The position numbers and the translations under genes are program-made. A DNA stretch of 34,757 nt from positions 1 through 34,757 of the forward strand of contig JASFYY010000041.1 in NCBI GenBank assembly GCA_045046875.1. The letters run 5' to 3'. Origin of the DNA: Verrucomicrobiota bacterium (GTDB lineage Bacteria > Verrucomicrobiota > Verrucomicrobiia > Verrucomicrobiales > DEV007). The notes under the pieces are model-generated. The model had not been told where the DNA came from. It worked only from the letters and a program-made list of their open reading frames with translations, and made no database searches. This document shows, in pieces, positions 19,132 through 29,064 of the stretch (position 1 is its first letter; the number at the start of each line of letters is the position of its first letter).

Positions 19132-20688
19132 TCAAGAAATGGCGCGGTCAAAAATGTTTTTGGTGATGCGTTGCACTCTTTGGTCGGGGCCGTGGGGGCG
19201 GGACCAGTGCGACCAGGGCAGCATGTGACCGGGGGGCGAAGCGAGATCCTGGCACCAGAAGATGGTCGAGGCGTTGAAGACAAAATTATCTTTGGGGCCG
19301 GGGTAGATCACGGCTTGCCACTGTTGTGGGTTCACTCCGCCTTGCAATGCGGTGCCTCCGGCCACGATCTCAAGACCGGGGATGTCCCTGGGGGCGTCGC
19401 CATGGTATTCCCATCCGACTAAGCCTGGGATACTGTCGCCTTTTTTCATGCCGGTGCCGGCATAGATCCAGTGTTCGGGCTGTTGGCAGGTCCAATCACC
19501 GCCGCCGTTGACCGGGTCGATGTTGCGCACGCCCATCAGATAACCTTCGTCGGGGCCTCGGTGAGGAAAAGGGCCTTCGGATTTTTCGCGGGCGGTGGCG
19601 TATTTGTAATCACCGCCGTAGGGGCCTCCACGAAACATGATGCGGTTGGGGCGCTTGCCGTGTTCGCTAGGGCTCATCGGGGTGACCCAGCACACTGAGT
19701 TGCCGGAGAAAAACAGCAGGCTGGTTCCGCTGTCGCGCAGTTTGACGACATTTTCGTAAGCGCGGATATCCCAATATTCATCGTGGCCGACACTGAGGAA
19801 GGACTTGAAACGGCCGGGGCGGGCGTAGCTCGAATCGATCATGTCCGAGTTGGAGCAGTAGGTCACGTCGTAGCCTTCTTTTTCCAACCAATAGGCAAAG
19901 GGAAATTCAAAACACAACCATTCGCCGGATCCGATCGATTGGGGGTTGTCGTAGATCTGGGCATACTTGGCGTAGGGGCGGTCGAAGCTGACATCCGCCC
20001 AAGGGCCCTGGTTCCCTTTGGGATGGGTGTAAACGGAATAATTGGAGGGCCACTTGTTGTAGGCTTGCCAGGTGTTGTCCGAGCATTGGAAGACAATGTC
20101 AGCGGGGCGGTCATCTTTGACAATGAAGACCACATAACTCTGCCAGTAGCCGAAGCCACTTTTGTCCGTTGTGGTGGTCAGGCGCCCGAGATAGACACCG
20201 CTCGGCCAGTCGTCCGGAATCTCCAGACTGACAGAGGGCTGCCACTGGCATTCGTGCAGTTGACGGTCACCACGTTCGCTTGCTGGGGTGGCTTGTTTTT
20301 TGCCCGGAAAGGGGCCGAGTTTTTTCATCAGGCGGGCACCTGCGCCGTCGTAGTATCCGGTACGAAAAATCTCGATGAAAAAATCGGTGGCCGGTTCGGT
20401 GCTGACCATGATGTCGATGTGGTCCCCTGCGGCGACGGATTGTTTGGAGCAATAACCTTCGATCAAGGTGGTGCGAAAGCCTTTGCCCGCATTGGGGCGC
20501 ACACGGGTCAGTTGCCAGTCATCAGAGCCGGCTTTGGCATTTTCGGTTTTGATCAATTGAGGCTGGCGTTTGGCCGGGGCGGCGGCGTTGCTGATAGAAC
20601 GAGAGCTGGCAGTGAGCGCGGCCGCTGAGGCGCTGGCTTTCAGAAAAGCGCGACGCGAGGAGGAGGGTAGGGGTTGATCGGGGGGCAT
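19132..20688 (-). CDS. Tat-exported N,N-dimethylformamidase beta-subunit-like (DUF6605) protein
   Basis: SRRAFLK Tat motif. IEGY, WPSGVYL, TWQAYN.W, VSFDRPY, WLEKEGYDV, SVGHDEYW and LVGWEY motifs. Confidence 0.85.
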   Translation of the reverse strand: MPPDQPLPSSSRRAFLKASASAAALTASSRSISNAAAPAKRQPQLIKTENAKAGSDDWQLTRVRPNAGKGFRTTLIEGYCSKQSVAAGDHIDIMVSTEPATDFFIEIFRTGYYDGAGARLMKKLGPFPGKKQATPASERGDRQLHECQWQPSVSLEIPDDWPSGVYLGRLTTTTDKSGFGYWQSYVVFIVKDDRPADIVFQCSDNTWQAYNKWPSNYSVYTHPKGNQGPWADVSFDRPYAKYAQIYDNPQSIGSGEWLCFEFPFAYWLEKEGYDVTYCSNSDMIDSSYARPGRFKSFLSVGHDEYWDIRAYENVVKLRDSGTSLLFFSGNSVCWVTPMSPSEHGKRPNRIMFRGGPYGGDYKYATAREKSEGPFPHRGPDEGYLMGVRNIDPVNGGGDWTCQQPEHWIYAGTGMKKGDSIPGLVGWEYHGDAPRDIPGLEIVAGGTALQGGVNPQQWQAVIYPGPKDNFVFNASTIFWCQDLASPPGHMLPWSHWSRPHGPDQRVQRITKNIFDRAIS

Positions 20689-20759
20689 GGGGGATGGGTT
20701 TTTAGTTTAGAAAGCAAAACAGTGAGAGGGTTCGAAAAAAGATAATAAGTGGTTTCACC

Positions 20760-22688
20760 TTAAGATTGCAATTTTTCAATAATGGTATCGGCATCAAAAA
20801 CGCAGCCGCCCCAACTGCCGCCACAGGCATTTTGCAAGGCGGCCCACAAGCGGGTGTCGTCGGGCACATCGGCGATGGGTTGCAGCAGAGGATTTGTTTG
20901 GCGATTGGTGAGTTCGTTTTCCTCGCCGATGAAATTGAGGCTGCCTTGCAGGTTTTTGACATCGATGCGGATGCGAATAGGATCGCCGTCGCGGAGTTTT
21001 CCGATGGGGCCATCAGCCCAGGCTTCGGGGGAGACATGACCGATGCAGGCTCCGGTGGAGACTCCGGAAAACCGTCCGTCGGTGATCAGGGCGACGTTTT
21101 TGCCCCAGGGTAAATGTTTCAGCGCCATGGTGAGCTGGGCAGTTTCCGGCATGCCACATCCGATCGGGCCGTGACCGATCAGGACAACGACGTCACCCTC
21201 GCGGATGCGTTCATCACCCGTGGATTTGATCGCGGCGATGGCGGCCGGTTCGGAGGCAAAAACCCGGGCGGGGCCTTGATGCAGGTAGATACCGTCGGCG
21301 TCGACTTTACTCGGATCGATGGCGGTGCTTTTGATCACCGCTCCGTCGGGTGAAATGTTGCCGTTGGGAAAAGTAACCGTGCTGGTGAGTCCTGCATTGG
21401 CGGCTGCTTGCGGAGACATGATGACTTCATCAGGATCAATGCCGTCGAGTTCGCTTAGCTTGGCGCGTAGTCGCTGGCGGCGGTCGGATTTTTCCCACCA
21501 CTCGAGGTTTTCCCCGAGAGTGCGTCCGCTGGCGGTCAGGGCATTGAGTTTTAATAGACCTGCCTCGCGCAAATGCAGCATGACTTCGGGAACTCCTCCG
21601 GCGAGGAAGACCTGGACGGTGGCGAAGCACTGGGGGCCGTTGGGCAGAGCGTCCACCAGGCGTGGAACCAGCGCGTTGACCCGTCGCCAGTCATCGACGG
21701 TGGGGCGGCGCAGTTTGGCGGCATGGGCGATGGCCGGCAGGTGCATGATGAGATTGGTCGATCCTCCAAACGCGGCGTGGGTGACCATGGCGTTTTCGAT
21801 GGAGTCCGTGGTCAGGATGTCGCTGGTGGTGATCCCGTTTTTTTCCATGTGCAACATGGCGAGAGCGGAGCGGCGAGCGAGGTCGCGCCAGATATCCGAA
21901 CCGGAGGGGCTGAGTGCGGCGTGAGGCAGAGTCAGGCCGAGCGCTTCGCTGATCACTTGACTGGTTGCCGCGGTGCCGAGGAATTGGCAGCCGCCACCGG
22001 GTGAACCGCAGGAGCGGCAGGCCAGTTGCGCCGCTTCGCTAAGTTCGATTTCGCCCTGGGCATAACGCGAGCCAATGGTCTGGATACGGCCAAGGTCTTC
22101 GCTGTCTTCACTGAGCAGGGTGACTCCGCCGGGAATTAGGATAGTGGGTAGCTTGGGTGTTCCGGCGAGTGCCATCATCATCGCGGGCAGGCCTTTGTCG
22201 CAAGTGGCGACACCGATCACCCCTTTGTTGGTCGGCAGGGATCGGATCAGGCGGCGAAAAATCGTTGCGGCGTCGTTGCGGTAGGGCAGGGAATCAAGCA
22301 TGCCGGTGGTTCCCTGGGTGCGTCCGTCGCAGGGGTCACTGCAAAAGGCGGCAAAGGGCACTGCACCGTTTTCGCTCAGTACCTTGGCGGCTTCTTCCAT
22401 TAACAGGCCGACTTCCCAGTGGCCGGTGTGGTAGCCCAAGGCGACGGGCGAGCCGTCCTCGCGACGGATGCCTCCCTGGGTGCTGAGGATGACAAAATCA
22501 CCACCGTTGACTTTGTCCGGTGACCAGCCCATGCCGACGTTTTGGGTCCAGGAGAACAGGTTGCCGCTGGGGGAGCTGCTGAGTTGTTCGGCGGTGAAGG
22601 GCAGGGCGCCTGCCGGGCCTTTGGCGGTGGTGCGTAGTGTGAAGATGTTTTGATCACCGGAATTGAGGATGGCTTCGGGGGCGGGCAT
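20760..22688 (-). CDS. YjhG/YagF-family D-xylonate dehydratase (IlvD/Edd superfamily)
   Basis: [67 protein letters not shown]. Confidence 0.92.
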   Translation of the reverse strand: MPAPEAILNSGDQNIFTLRTTAKGPAGALPFTAEQLSSSPSGNLFSWTQNVGMGWSPDKVNGGDFVILSTQGGIRREDGSPVALGYHTGHWEVGLLMEEAAKVLSENGAVPFAAFCSDPCDGRTQGTTGMLDSLPYRNDAATIFRRLIRSLPTNKGVIGVATCDKGLPAMMMALAGTPKLPTILIPGGVTLLSEDSEDLGRIQTIGSRYAQGEIELSEAAQLACRSCGSPGGGCQFLGTAATSQVISEALGLTLPHAALSPSGSDIWRDLARRSALAMLHMEKNGITTSDILTTDSIENAMVTHAAFGGSTNLIMHLPAIAHAAKLRRPTVDDWRRVNALVPRLVDALPNGPQCFATVQVFLAGGVPEVMLHLREAGLLKLNALTASGRTLGENLEWWEKSDRRQRLRAKLSELDGIDPDEVIMSPQAAANAGLTSTVTFPNGNISPDGAVIKSTAIDPSKVDADGIYLHQGPARVFASEPAAIAAIKSTGDERIREGDVVVLIGHGPIGCGMPETAQLTMALKHLPWGKNVALITDGRFSGVSTGACIGHVSPEAWADGPIGKLRDGDPIRIRIDVKNLQGSLNFIGEENELTNRQTNPLLQPIADVPDDTRLWAALQNACGGSWGGCVFDADTIIEKLQS

Positions 22689-22805
22689 AGGCTAGGGGAG
22701 GAATTTTACCACCGAGGTCACAGCGGTAAGGAATGAGATTGAGGATGAATGAAGTGAAAAGATATAGGGAAGTGGAAGTATGCAAATATAAAGTCGTTTT
22801 TTTCA

Positions 22806-22828
22806 CCGGACAGAAATGTCAGCCCTCC
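22806..22828 (-). repeat. REP-like hairpin with GGAG foot
   Basis: Minus strand reads GGAG-ggctgacatttctgtccgg (gaca/tgtc core stem). Confidence 0.45.
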
Positions 22829-22848
22829 TGTATGTAGCTAAAGGTTTT

Positions 22849-23685
22849 TTATTCAACGACGTTTTCCAGGCAGCCCAGGGTGTCGATTTGGATGCGGATG
22901 CGGTCACCTGATTGTAGGGTGAAGTCGGAGTTGGGAACCAGGGCGGTGCCGGTCATGAGCAGGGCGCCGTCGGGGAATTCATTGTCGCGGTAGAGGAATT
23001 CCGCTAGTTCGTCAAAGCCGCGTTTCAGTTGGCTGAGATCGGTTTGGGCGTCGAAGTGGGTTTTGCTGTTACGGCTGATTTGGATTTGGATGCGGGTTTC
23101 ATTCAGGGGAGGCAGTTCTCCTACACAAAGGGCGGGGCCTAGGGCACAGGATCCACGATAGACTTTTGCCTGGGGCAGGTAGAGTGGGTTTTCTCCTTCG
23201 ATACTGCGCGAGCTCATGTCATTGCCAATGGTGTAGCCGAACACTTTGCCCTGGCAGTTGATCGCCAGGGTGAGTTCGGGTTCAGGCACGTCCCAGGTGG
23301 AATCCTTGCGGATGCAAACCTGGTCGAGGTGACCGCGCGCTCGTTGCGCGGTGGCTTTGAAAAAAAGTTCGGGGCGCTCGGCTGCGTAAACTTTGTCATA
23401 GAAAACATCGCCGCCGGAGGACTGTGCTTCTTCCATGCGGGCTTCGCGGGAGCGGAAGTAGGTCACGCCTGCTGCCCAGATTTCCTGATTGCCAAGGGGA
23501 GGGAGCAGGGCGGTGGATTCGCTGTCGATGGCATCGCAGGGCTCACAATCAGTGAGGTAATCATTGAGCAGATCGAGGGGGGAGTTTGATTGGAACAGTG
23601 TATCAAAGGAGAAGTTCTCCCCTAGGAAATATTTCCCGTCTTTGAGTAGGGTGACTTGCTGGAGGCCTCGGTAAATCGTGATCAT
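22849..23685 (-). CDS. FAH-family protein, 2-keto-3-deoxy-xylonate dehydratase (XylX/KdaD-like)
   Basis: [64 protein letters not shown]. Directly upstream of the xylonate dehydratase. Start ATG 23685. Confidence 0.85.
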   Translation of the reverse strand: MITIYRGLQQVTLLKDGKYFLGENFSFDTLFQSNSPLDLLNDYLTDCEPCDAIDSESTALLPPLGNQEIWAAGVTYFRSREARMEEAQSSGGDVFYDKVYAAERPELFFKATAQRARGHLDQVCIRKDSTWDVPEPELTLAINCQGKVFGYTIGNDMSSRSIEGENPLYLPQAKVYRGSCALGPALCVGELPPLNETRIQIQISRNSKTHFDAQTDLSQLKRGFDELAEFLYRDNEFPDGALLMTGTALVPNSDFTLQSGDRIRIQIDTLGCLENVVE

Positions 23686-23793
23686 TGCAGCGATAGTGTA
23701 AGGAGATTGTTGTGAATCGCAAGCGGGGAGGTTTTTTATGCGATGGGGGGGATGAGCTAGAGCCACGAGGGCGCATTACATTTGTTGCTAACC

Positions 23794-23867
23794 CACGCAG
23801 TGCCATTGCGTGCCACATTTAACACCGCATACCCTCTTCTCGTCGTGGAACGGATTGGCAATCCGTT
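23794..23867. repeat. Pair of REP-like hairpins, each with a GTGG foot, in opposite orientation
   Basis: Minus strand: GTGG-cacgcaatggcactgcgtg (23816-23794). Plus strand: GTGG-aacggattg-g-caatccgtt (23845-23867). Confidence 0.7.
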
Positions 23868-23927
23868 TTGGTTGATGCGGTTGATTGTTTTGAAGTTGAG
23901 TCTTGCAAGAGCAGCGGTAGAAACCCG

Positions 23928-25397
23928 TCACAGCAAAATCTCGTGGTTTACTTTCGGGTGTCCTACGACTCCGATGAGGCGGTTGTCTAATCCTTGAAAA
24001 GGGTAGGTGAAACTGTGGGCGTTTTTGCCTAGCAGGTGGAGGATGGTGGCTTGCAGGTCGGGCACAGACATCGCACCATCGGCGATCCGGTAGCCGAAGT
24101 CGTCGGTTTCGCCGTAGTTGAAGCCGGGTTTCACGCCACCGCCAGCCATCCATAGGCTGAAACAATGCGGGTGGTGATCGCGGCCGAGGAACTTGGAGCC
24201 GTTGCGTTCTTCGTTCATCGAAGTGCGGCCGAACTCGCCACTCCAGATGACGAGGGTATCTTCCAACAGGCCGCGTTGTTTGAGGTCTCGCAGCAGCGCG
24301 GCGATGGGTTGGTCGATGTTCTTGGTTTTGTTTTTCAAGCCGATCGAGATGTCGTTGCCGGCGCTGGTGCCGTGCATGTCCCAGCCGTAATCAAAGAGCT
24401 GGACGTAACGCACGCCCTGTTCGACCAGACGGCGGGCGAGCAGGCAGTTGTTGGCGAAGTTTTCCTTGCCAGGTTGAGTGCCGTAGGCTTCGTGCACGTG
24501 TTGGGGTTCCTGGCTGATGTCCATGATCTCGGGGACCGAGGTCTGCATGCGGTAGGCGAGCTCGTATTGGGCGATGCGGCTGAGCGTTTCCGGATCGCCG
24601 ACTTGTTCGAGTTCGAGTTGATTGAGTTTTTTCAGGGCGTCGAGGCCACGCCGGCGCGCTGCCCGGCTGAGACCTTTGGGATTGTTGACGTAGAGAACCG
24701 GGTCGCCGTCGGAGCGACATTGCACACCTTGATAGAGCGCGGGCAGGAAGCCGCTGCCCCACAAGGCTTTGCCGCCGGAGGGATTGGTGCCACCGGAGAG
24801 CAGAGCGACAAAGGCGGGCAGGTTCTCATTTTCACTGCCGAGCCCGTAACTGGCCCAGGAGCCCATCGAGGGGTTGCCGAAGCGGTTGAGACCGGTGTGC
24901 AGGAAAAGTTGGGCGGGGGCGTGGTTGAACTGGGTGGTGAACATCGATTTGATCATGCAGACGTCATCGACGACGGTTTTGAAGTGCGGCAGGATTTCTG
25001 ATACCCAGGTGCCGGCTTCACCACATTGTTCAAATTTCCACGGCGTGCCTAACAACTTGGGACGCCCTTTGATGAAGGCGAATTTTTCTCCTTTGAGCAG
25101 GCTTTCGGGGCAGGGTTGGCCGTTGTGTTTGACCAGCTCGGGTTTCCAATCGAAGAGGTCGTGCTGTGGTGGGGAACCTGCCATGTGCAGGTAGATGACG
25201 CGCTTGGCCTTGGGAGCGAAGTCGGGGCGTTTGGGGGAGGAGGGATTGGGTGACGGGGCAGCAGGGGAGGTGAGCGCTGCCTGGGCCTTTGGACCGAGCA
25301 GTTGGTTAAAAGCCAGGGCGCCGATACCGGCGTTGCAGTGGCGTAGAAAGTGACGCCGGGTGGCGAGTCGAGCGGAGTTTTTGAGCAGATGATTCAT
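23928..25397 (-). CDS. DUF1501 domain protein (Tat-exported)
   Basis: TRRHFL, AKRVIYLHMAGSPPQHDLFD.KP, FNHAPAQ, CLLARRLVEQGVRYVQ, WDMH, EFGRT, GRDHHP, WMAGGGVK. Confidence 0.92.
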   Translation of the reverse strand: MNHLLKNSARLATRRHFLRHCNAGIGALAFNQLLGPKAQAALTSPAAPSPNPSSPKRPDFAPKAKRVIYLHMAGSPPQHDLFDWKPELVKHNGQPCPESLLKGEKFAFIKGRPKLLGTPWKFEQCGEAGTWVSEILPHFKTVVDDVCMIKSMFTTQFNHAPAQLFLHTGLNRFGNPSMGSWASYGLGSENENLPAFVALLSGGTNPSGGKALWGSGFLPALYQGVQCRSDGDPVLYVNNPKGLSRAARRRGLDALKKLNQLELEQVGDPETLSRIAQYELAYRMQTSVPEIMDISQEPQHVHEAYGTQPGKENFANNCLLARRLVEQGVRYVQLFDYGWDMHGTSAGNDISIGLKNKTKNIDQPIAALLRDLKQRGLLEDTLVIWSGEFGRTSMNEERNGSKFLGRDHHPHCFSLWMAGGGVKPGFNYGETDDFGYRIADGAMSVPDLQATILHLLGKNAHSFTYPFQGLDNRLIGVVGHPKVNHEILL

Positions 25398-25408
25398 TGG
25401 GGAAGGTT

Positions 25409-25438
25409 GTTTAGGCTATAGGGGTTTAGGCTGTAGGT
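25409..25438 (+). repeat. TAGG-core short tandem repeat
   Basis: gtttaggctataggggtttaggctgtaggt. A similar run lies at ~16805-16824. Confidence 0.55.
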
Positions 25439-25451
25439 AAGAAAAAAAGAG

Positions 25452-25563
25452 AACCGCGAATGAACGCGAATAACTATGAATAAGATTAGGATTTTTAACC
25501 ACGGATAGCACGGATAACACGGATATTTTTTTAATTAATAATTTCCTATATTCACCCGTGGTT
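25452..25563. repeat. Two AACC-led triplet arrays (CGCGAAT and CACGGAT) plus a degenerate inverted end
   Basis: aaccgcgaat-gaacgcgaat-aactatgaat; aaccacggat-agcacggat-aacacggat; ...cccgtggtt. Confidence 0.8.
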
Positions 25564-25576
25564 CTCTTTTTTGTAT

Positions 25577-28500
25577 TCAGGATTTGGTTAAAGTGGCGTC
25601 TAGGTTGAGGAGGATGTTGGTGATGGCGGTCCAGGTGGCGAGTTGGATGGGGTCGGTGGTGGCGGCTTTGTTTTCGCCTTTGGCGGCGGCCAGGGTTTTG
25701 GCGGCTTCCGGGTTTTGTTTGAAGTTGTTCAGCTCTTTTTGGAACAGGGTGGCGATGACTTGTTGCTCGGTTTTCGAGGGCGGACGGACGAGCACCAGTT
25801 GCAGGGCGAATTTAATTCGCTCGGCATGGGTGTCACCGCCTTCTTTGATGATTCGTTGCGCCATGGCCTGGGCGATTTCGACGTAAACCGGATCGTTGAG
25901 GGTGACGAAGGCTTGCAAGGGAGTGTTGGTGCGGATGCGACGCAGGTTGCAGACTTCGCGGCTGGGGGCATCGAAGGTTGCCATGCTGGGGTAGGGCACG
26001 GAACGGCGCCAGAAGGTGTAGAGTCCACGGCGGTAGCGGTCTTCGCCTTTGCTGGTTGCCCAGTTGCGTTGACCGTTGAAAGCGGCGCGCCACATGCCGG
26101 GAGGTTGTGGTGGGTAAACCGAGGGGCCGCCGATTTTGTGACTGAGCAAACCGGACAGGGCGAGGGCCTGGTCACGGACCTGCTCGGCGTTGAGCCGGAA
26201 GCGTGGGCCGCGGGCGAGTTGGGCGTTGATGTGGTCATCAGCGTAAGCTGACGGTGAGGCCTTGCTCGATTGACGGTAGGTGGCGGACATGACGATAGTT
26301 TTGAGCAGGGCTTTGCTGTTCCAGCCGTTTTGCATGTATTCGGTTGCCAGCCAGTCGAGCAGTTTGGGGTGACTGGGGTAGGTGCCTTGGGCGCCGAAAT
26401 CTTCCTCGGTTTCGACGATGCCGGCGCCGAAGAGCTGGGCCCAGATGCGGTTGACGGCGACCCGGGCGGTGAGCGGGTTGTCGGTGGAGGTCAGCCATTG
26501 GGCGACACCGATGCGGTTGGCGGGCGCGCCTTTGGGGAAGGGGTTGAAGGAGGCGGGTACGGCGGCTTCGACCTGATCTCCCAAGTCCATGAAGTTGCCG
26601 CGGGAATGGATCTGGGTTTTGCGGTGTTTGTTTTTTGCCAGCTGGGTGATGATGGGGACGGTGGGTGGCTTGATCGCATCATATTGTTTTTTGACCTTGC
26701 CCAGTTCACCTCTGAGTTTGGCCAGCGAGGGAGCAAAATCGCGGAAGTAGAGAGCGAGTTTTTTCTTATCCTGCGCACTGCGTTGCGATTCGTTTTTGTC
26801 GATAATGGTGAGCATGTCGGGGCGCAGGGTGGCACGCTTGGACAGGGCGGGATCATTGGTGACCGAGATTCGGAAGCGGCCGAGGGTTTTCTGTCCGCCG
26901 TAGTTGTAGTGGTGATCGAGAATGATCGTGAGTTTGTCGGTAGCGGCGATTTTGATCTCTGCGCTGGGAACAAAAAAGGCGACGTGTTTTTCTTTTTGCT
27001 TGGGGGAAACGCTCCAACCTGCCAGGTTGCGGGCCACTGCGGGAATGGCATTGCTGACGGGCCATTTTTTTTCTGAGTAATCGGCAGTGGCACGGGTGAA
27101 AATCAGCGGCAGCGGGCCGGTGAGGGCAAAGGCTGCTGATGGATCAGGGCCTTTCAGCTTGGTGTTTTGCCAAACCAAATTGCGCTTAGCATCGAGCAGC
27201 TTGATTTGGTAACCGTCGAGTCTGGATTGTAGTTTGCTGTCCGTGCGGTTCCAGATTTTGATGCGATCAATGGGGGAGAGTTGGCCGAGATCGACTTCCC
27301 ACCAGGGAGATTTGTCTTTGCTGCCGACATGGGCGATGGATTTTTTTTCCCACAGGCCGTTGGTATTGCCATCGATGGCGTGACTGGCTTCGCCGCCGGG
27401 GTAGGTCGATGACTGTGAGGCTTTGCCTTTATTGGCAAGATTGTTGTCGCCATTAAAAACTTCGACCTCGGCGAGATGGAGGATTTTGTCTTTGCCGGGC
27501 AATTCGATGCGCACATAGCGTGCTTGTGGAGCTTTGTCGCCGGTGTCGAGGGTGGCGGCAAAACGCGATAGGATGAAGCTGCCGTCAGGAGCGCGTCCCG
27601 AACCTCCGGCGGGGTTGCGCGGGTCGGGGATGGCCTCCAGGCGGAAGCCGGTGATGGATTTCAGCGAGCTGTTTGCGCTGAGGGTGTAGCTGTCATTTTT
27701 GGGGCGTTTGCCAGTGACGAACAGGCTGCCGTCTTTTTGTTTTTCGAAAACCGATCCCTTAGTGGAGCTTGTTTTGGGGAAGGATAGAGGTGTCCACTGA
27801 GTGTGCCCGCGATACTGGCTTTCCCATTTTTGTTGCTCAAGCAGAAGTGCGGTTTGATCCACTTGGGAGATTTGTTTTTCGATTTTGGCGATTTGTTGAT
27901 CAAGTTCAGCGCGTTTTTTTAGTTCCTTGGAGCCAGGAACGGCAATGAACGGCGCGTCGTCATTGGTATCGGCATCGACGGCCTGGTTGAAAAAATCGTA
28001 GAACTGGTAGTATTCCTTATGGGTGATGGGGTCGTATTTGTGGGTGTGGCATTCGGCGCAGCGCATGGTGAGTCCCATCCAAACATTGAGGGTGGTGCTG
28101 ACCCGATCCTTGACCGCGGCAACCCGGAACTCTTCGTTGTCGGTGCCACCCTCGGTGTTGTTCATGGTATTGCGGTGAAAGGCGGTGGCGATCAAATTTT
28201 TGGATTTGTGTTTGGGTAGCAGGTCTCCAGCTAATTGCTGCAGGGTAAACTCATCATAAGGCATGTTGTCATTGTAAGCTTGGATCACCCAGTCGCGGTA
28301 AGCCCAGATGCTGCGCAGGTTGTCGGAGGCATAACCCATGGAGTCAGCGTAGCGGGCGAGGTCGAGCCACATGGCTGCCCAGCGTTCGCCGTAGGCGGAG
28401 CTGGCAAGCAGGCGGTCGACGAGGTTTTCGTAGGCTTGCGGGGATTTGTCATTGATGAAAGCGGTGACTTCTTGTGGTTGCGGAGGCAGTCCGGTGATGT

Positions 28501-29047
28501 CGAGCGAAGCACGGCGGATGAGTTGGTAGCGATCGGCTTCTGCTTGGGGTCTGACTTGATCTTTTTCCAGTCGGCTGAGAACAAAATAGTCAATTTCATT
28601 TTTCGGCCAGAAGGGTGTTTGTATACCCGGGGGGGCATGGCGTTGAGGTGGAACGAAAGACCAATGGCGCTCGTATTTGGCACCGTTGTCGATCCACTGT
28701 TTCAGGCGTTCGATTTCATTGGGCTTGAGAGGTTTGCCCGATTCGGCGGGTGGCATGAGGTCACCTTCATCGTGGGTGGTGAGGCGGGCGATGAGTTCGC
28801 TTTTTTTGCTGTTGCCGGGTTGGATGGCAAAATGGCCGTCGAGATTCTTGGTCGCCCCCTCGAAGGTGTCCAGACGCAGATCGGCTTCGCGGGATCCTTC
28901 ATCCGCGCCGTGGCATTTGAAACAATTGGATGACAGCAGCGGTTTGATGTCACGGTTAAAGTCGAGATCCTCGGCAGCGGATAAATGGATGCTGGGCAGG
29001 GCGATGCCGGTTAGTAGGAGGTTGAGAATGAAGGTAGGTATTTTCAT
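25577..29047 (-). CDS. Planctomycete-type cytochrome c / DUF1549 / DUF1553 (PSCyt1-PSCyt2-PSD1) protein with inserted F5/8/F-type lectin domain
   Basis: Signal peptide, CFKCH and CAECH heme motifs, [47 protein letters not shown]. Start ATG 29047. Confidence 0.92.
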   Translation of the reverse strand: MKIPTFILNLLLTGIALPSIHLSAAEDLDFNRDIKPLLSSNCFKCHGADEGSREADLRLDTFEGATKNLDGHFAIQPGNSKKSELIARLTTHDEGDLMPPAESGKPLKPNEIERLKQWIDNGAKYERHWSFVPPQRHAPPGIQTPFWPKNEIDYFVLSRLEKDQVRPQAEADRYQLIRRASLDITGLPPQPQEVTAFINDKSPQAYENLVDRLLASSAYGERWAAMWLDLARYADSMGYASDNLRSIWAYRDWVIQAYNDNMPYDEFTLQQLAGDLLPKHKSKNLIATAFHRNTMNNTEGGTDNEEFRVAAVKDRVSTTLNVWMGLTMRCAECHTHKYDPITHKEYYQFYDFFNQAVDADTNDDAPFIAVPGSKELKKRAELDQQIAKIEKQISQVDQTALLLEQQKWESQYRGHTQWTPLSFPKTSSTKGSVFEKQKDGSLFVTGKRPKNDSYTLSANSSLKSITGFRLEAIPDPRNPAGGSGRAPDGSFILSRFAATLDTGDKAPQARYVRIELPGKDKILHLAEVEVFNGDNNLANKGKASQSSTYPGGEASHAIDGNTNGLWEKKSIAHVGSKDKSPWWEVDLGQLSPIDRIKIWNRTDSKLQSRLDGYQIKLLDAKRNLVWQNTKLKGPDPSAAFALTGPLPLIFTRATADYSEKKWPVSNAIPAVARNLAGWSVSPKQKEKHVAFFVPSAEIKIAATDKLTIILDHHYNYGGQKTLGRFRISVTNDPALSKRATLRPDMLTIIDKNESQRSAQDKKKLALYFRDFAPSLAKLRGELGKVKKQYDAIKPPTVPIITQLAKNKHRKTQIHSRGNFMDLGDQVEAAVPASFNPFPKGAPANRIGVAQWLTSTDNPLTARVAVNRIWAQLFGAGIVETEEDFGAQGTYPSHPKLLDWLATEYMQNGWNSKALLKTIVMSATYRQSSKASPSAYADDHINAQLARGPRFRLNAEQVRDQALALSGLLSHKIGGPSVYPPQPPGMWRAAFNGQRNWATSKGEDRYRRGLYTFWRRSVPYPSMATFDAPSREVCNLRRIRTNTPLQAFVTLNDPVYVEIAQAMAQRIIKEGGDTHAERIKFALQLVLVRPPSKTEQQVIATLFQKELNNFKQNPEAAKTLAAAKGENKAATTDPIQLATWTAITNILLNLDATLTKS

Positions 29048-29064
29048 GAAAAGCAGTTTTAGTT

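Noticed and set aside
20760..22688. ilvD or edd
   Set aside because: The GYHTGHWE and DPCDGRTQG motifs fit the YjhG/YagF subfamily.
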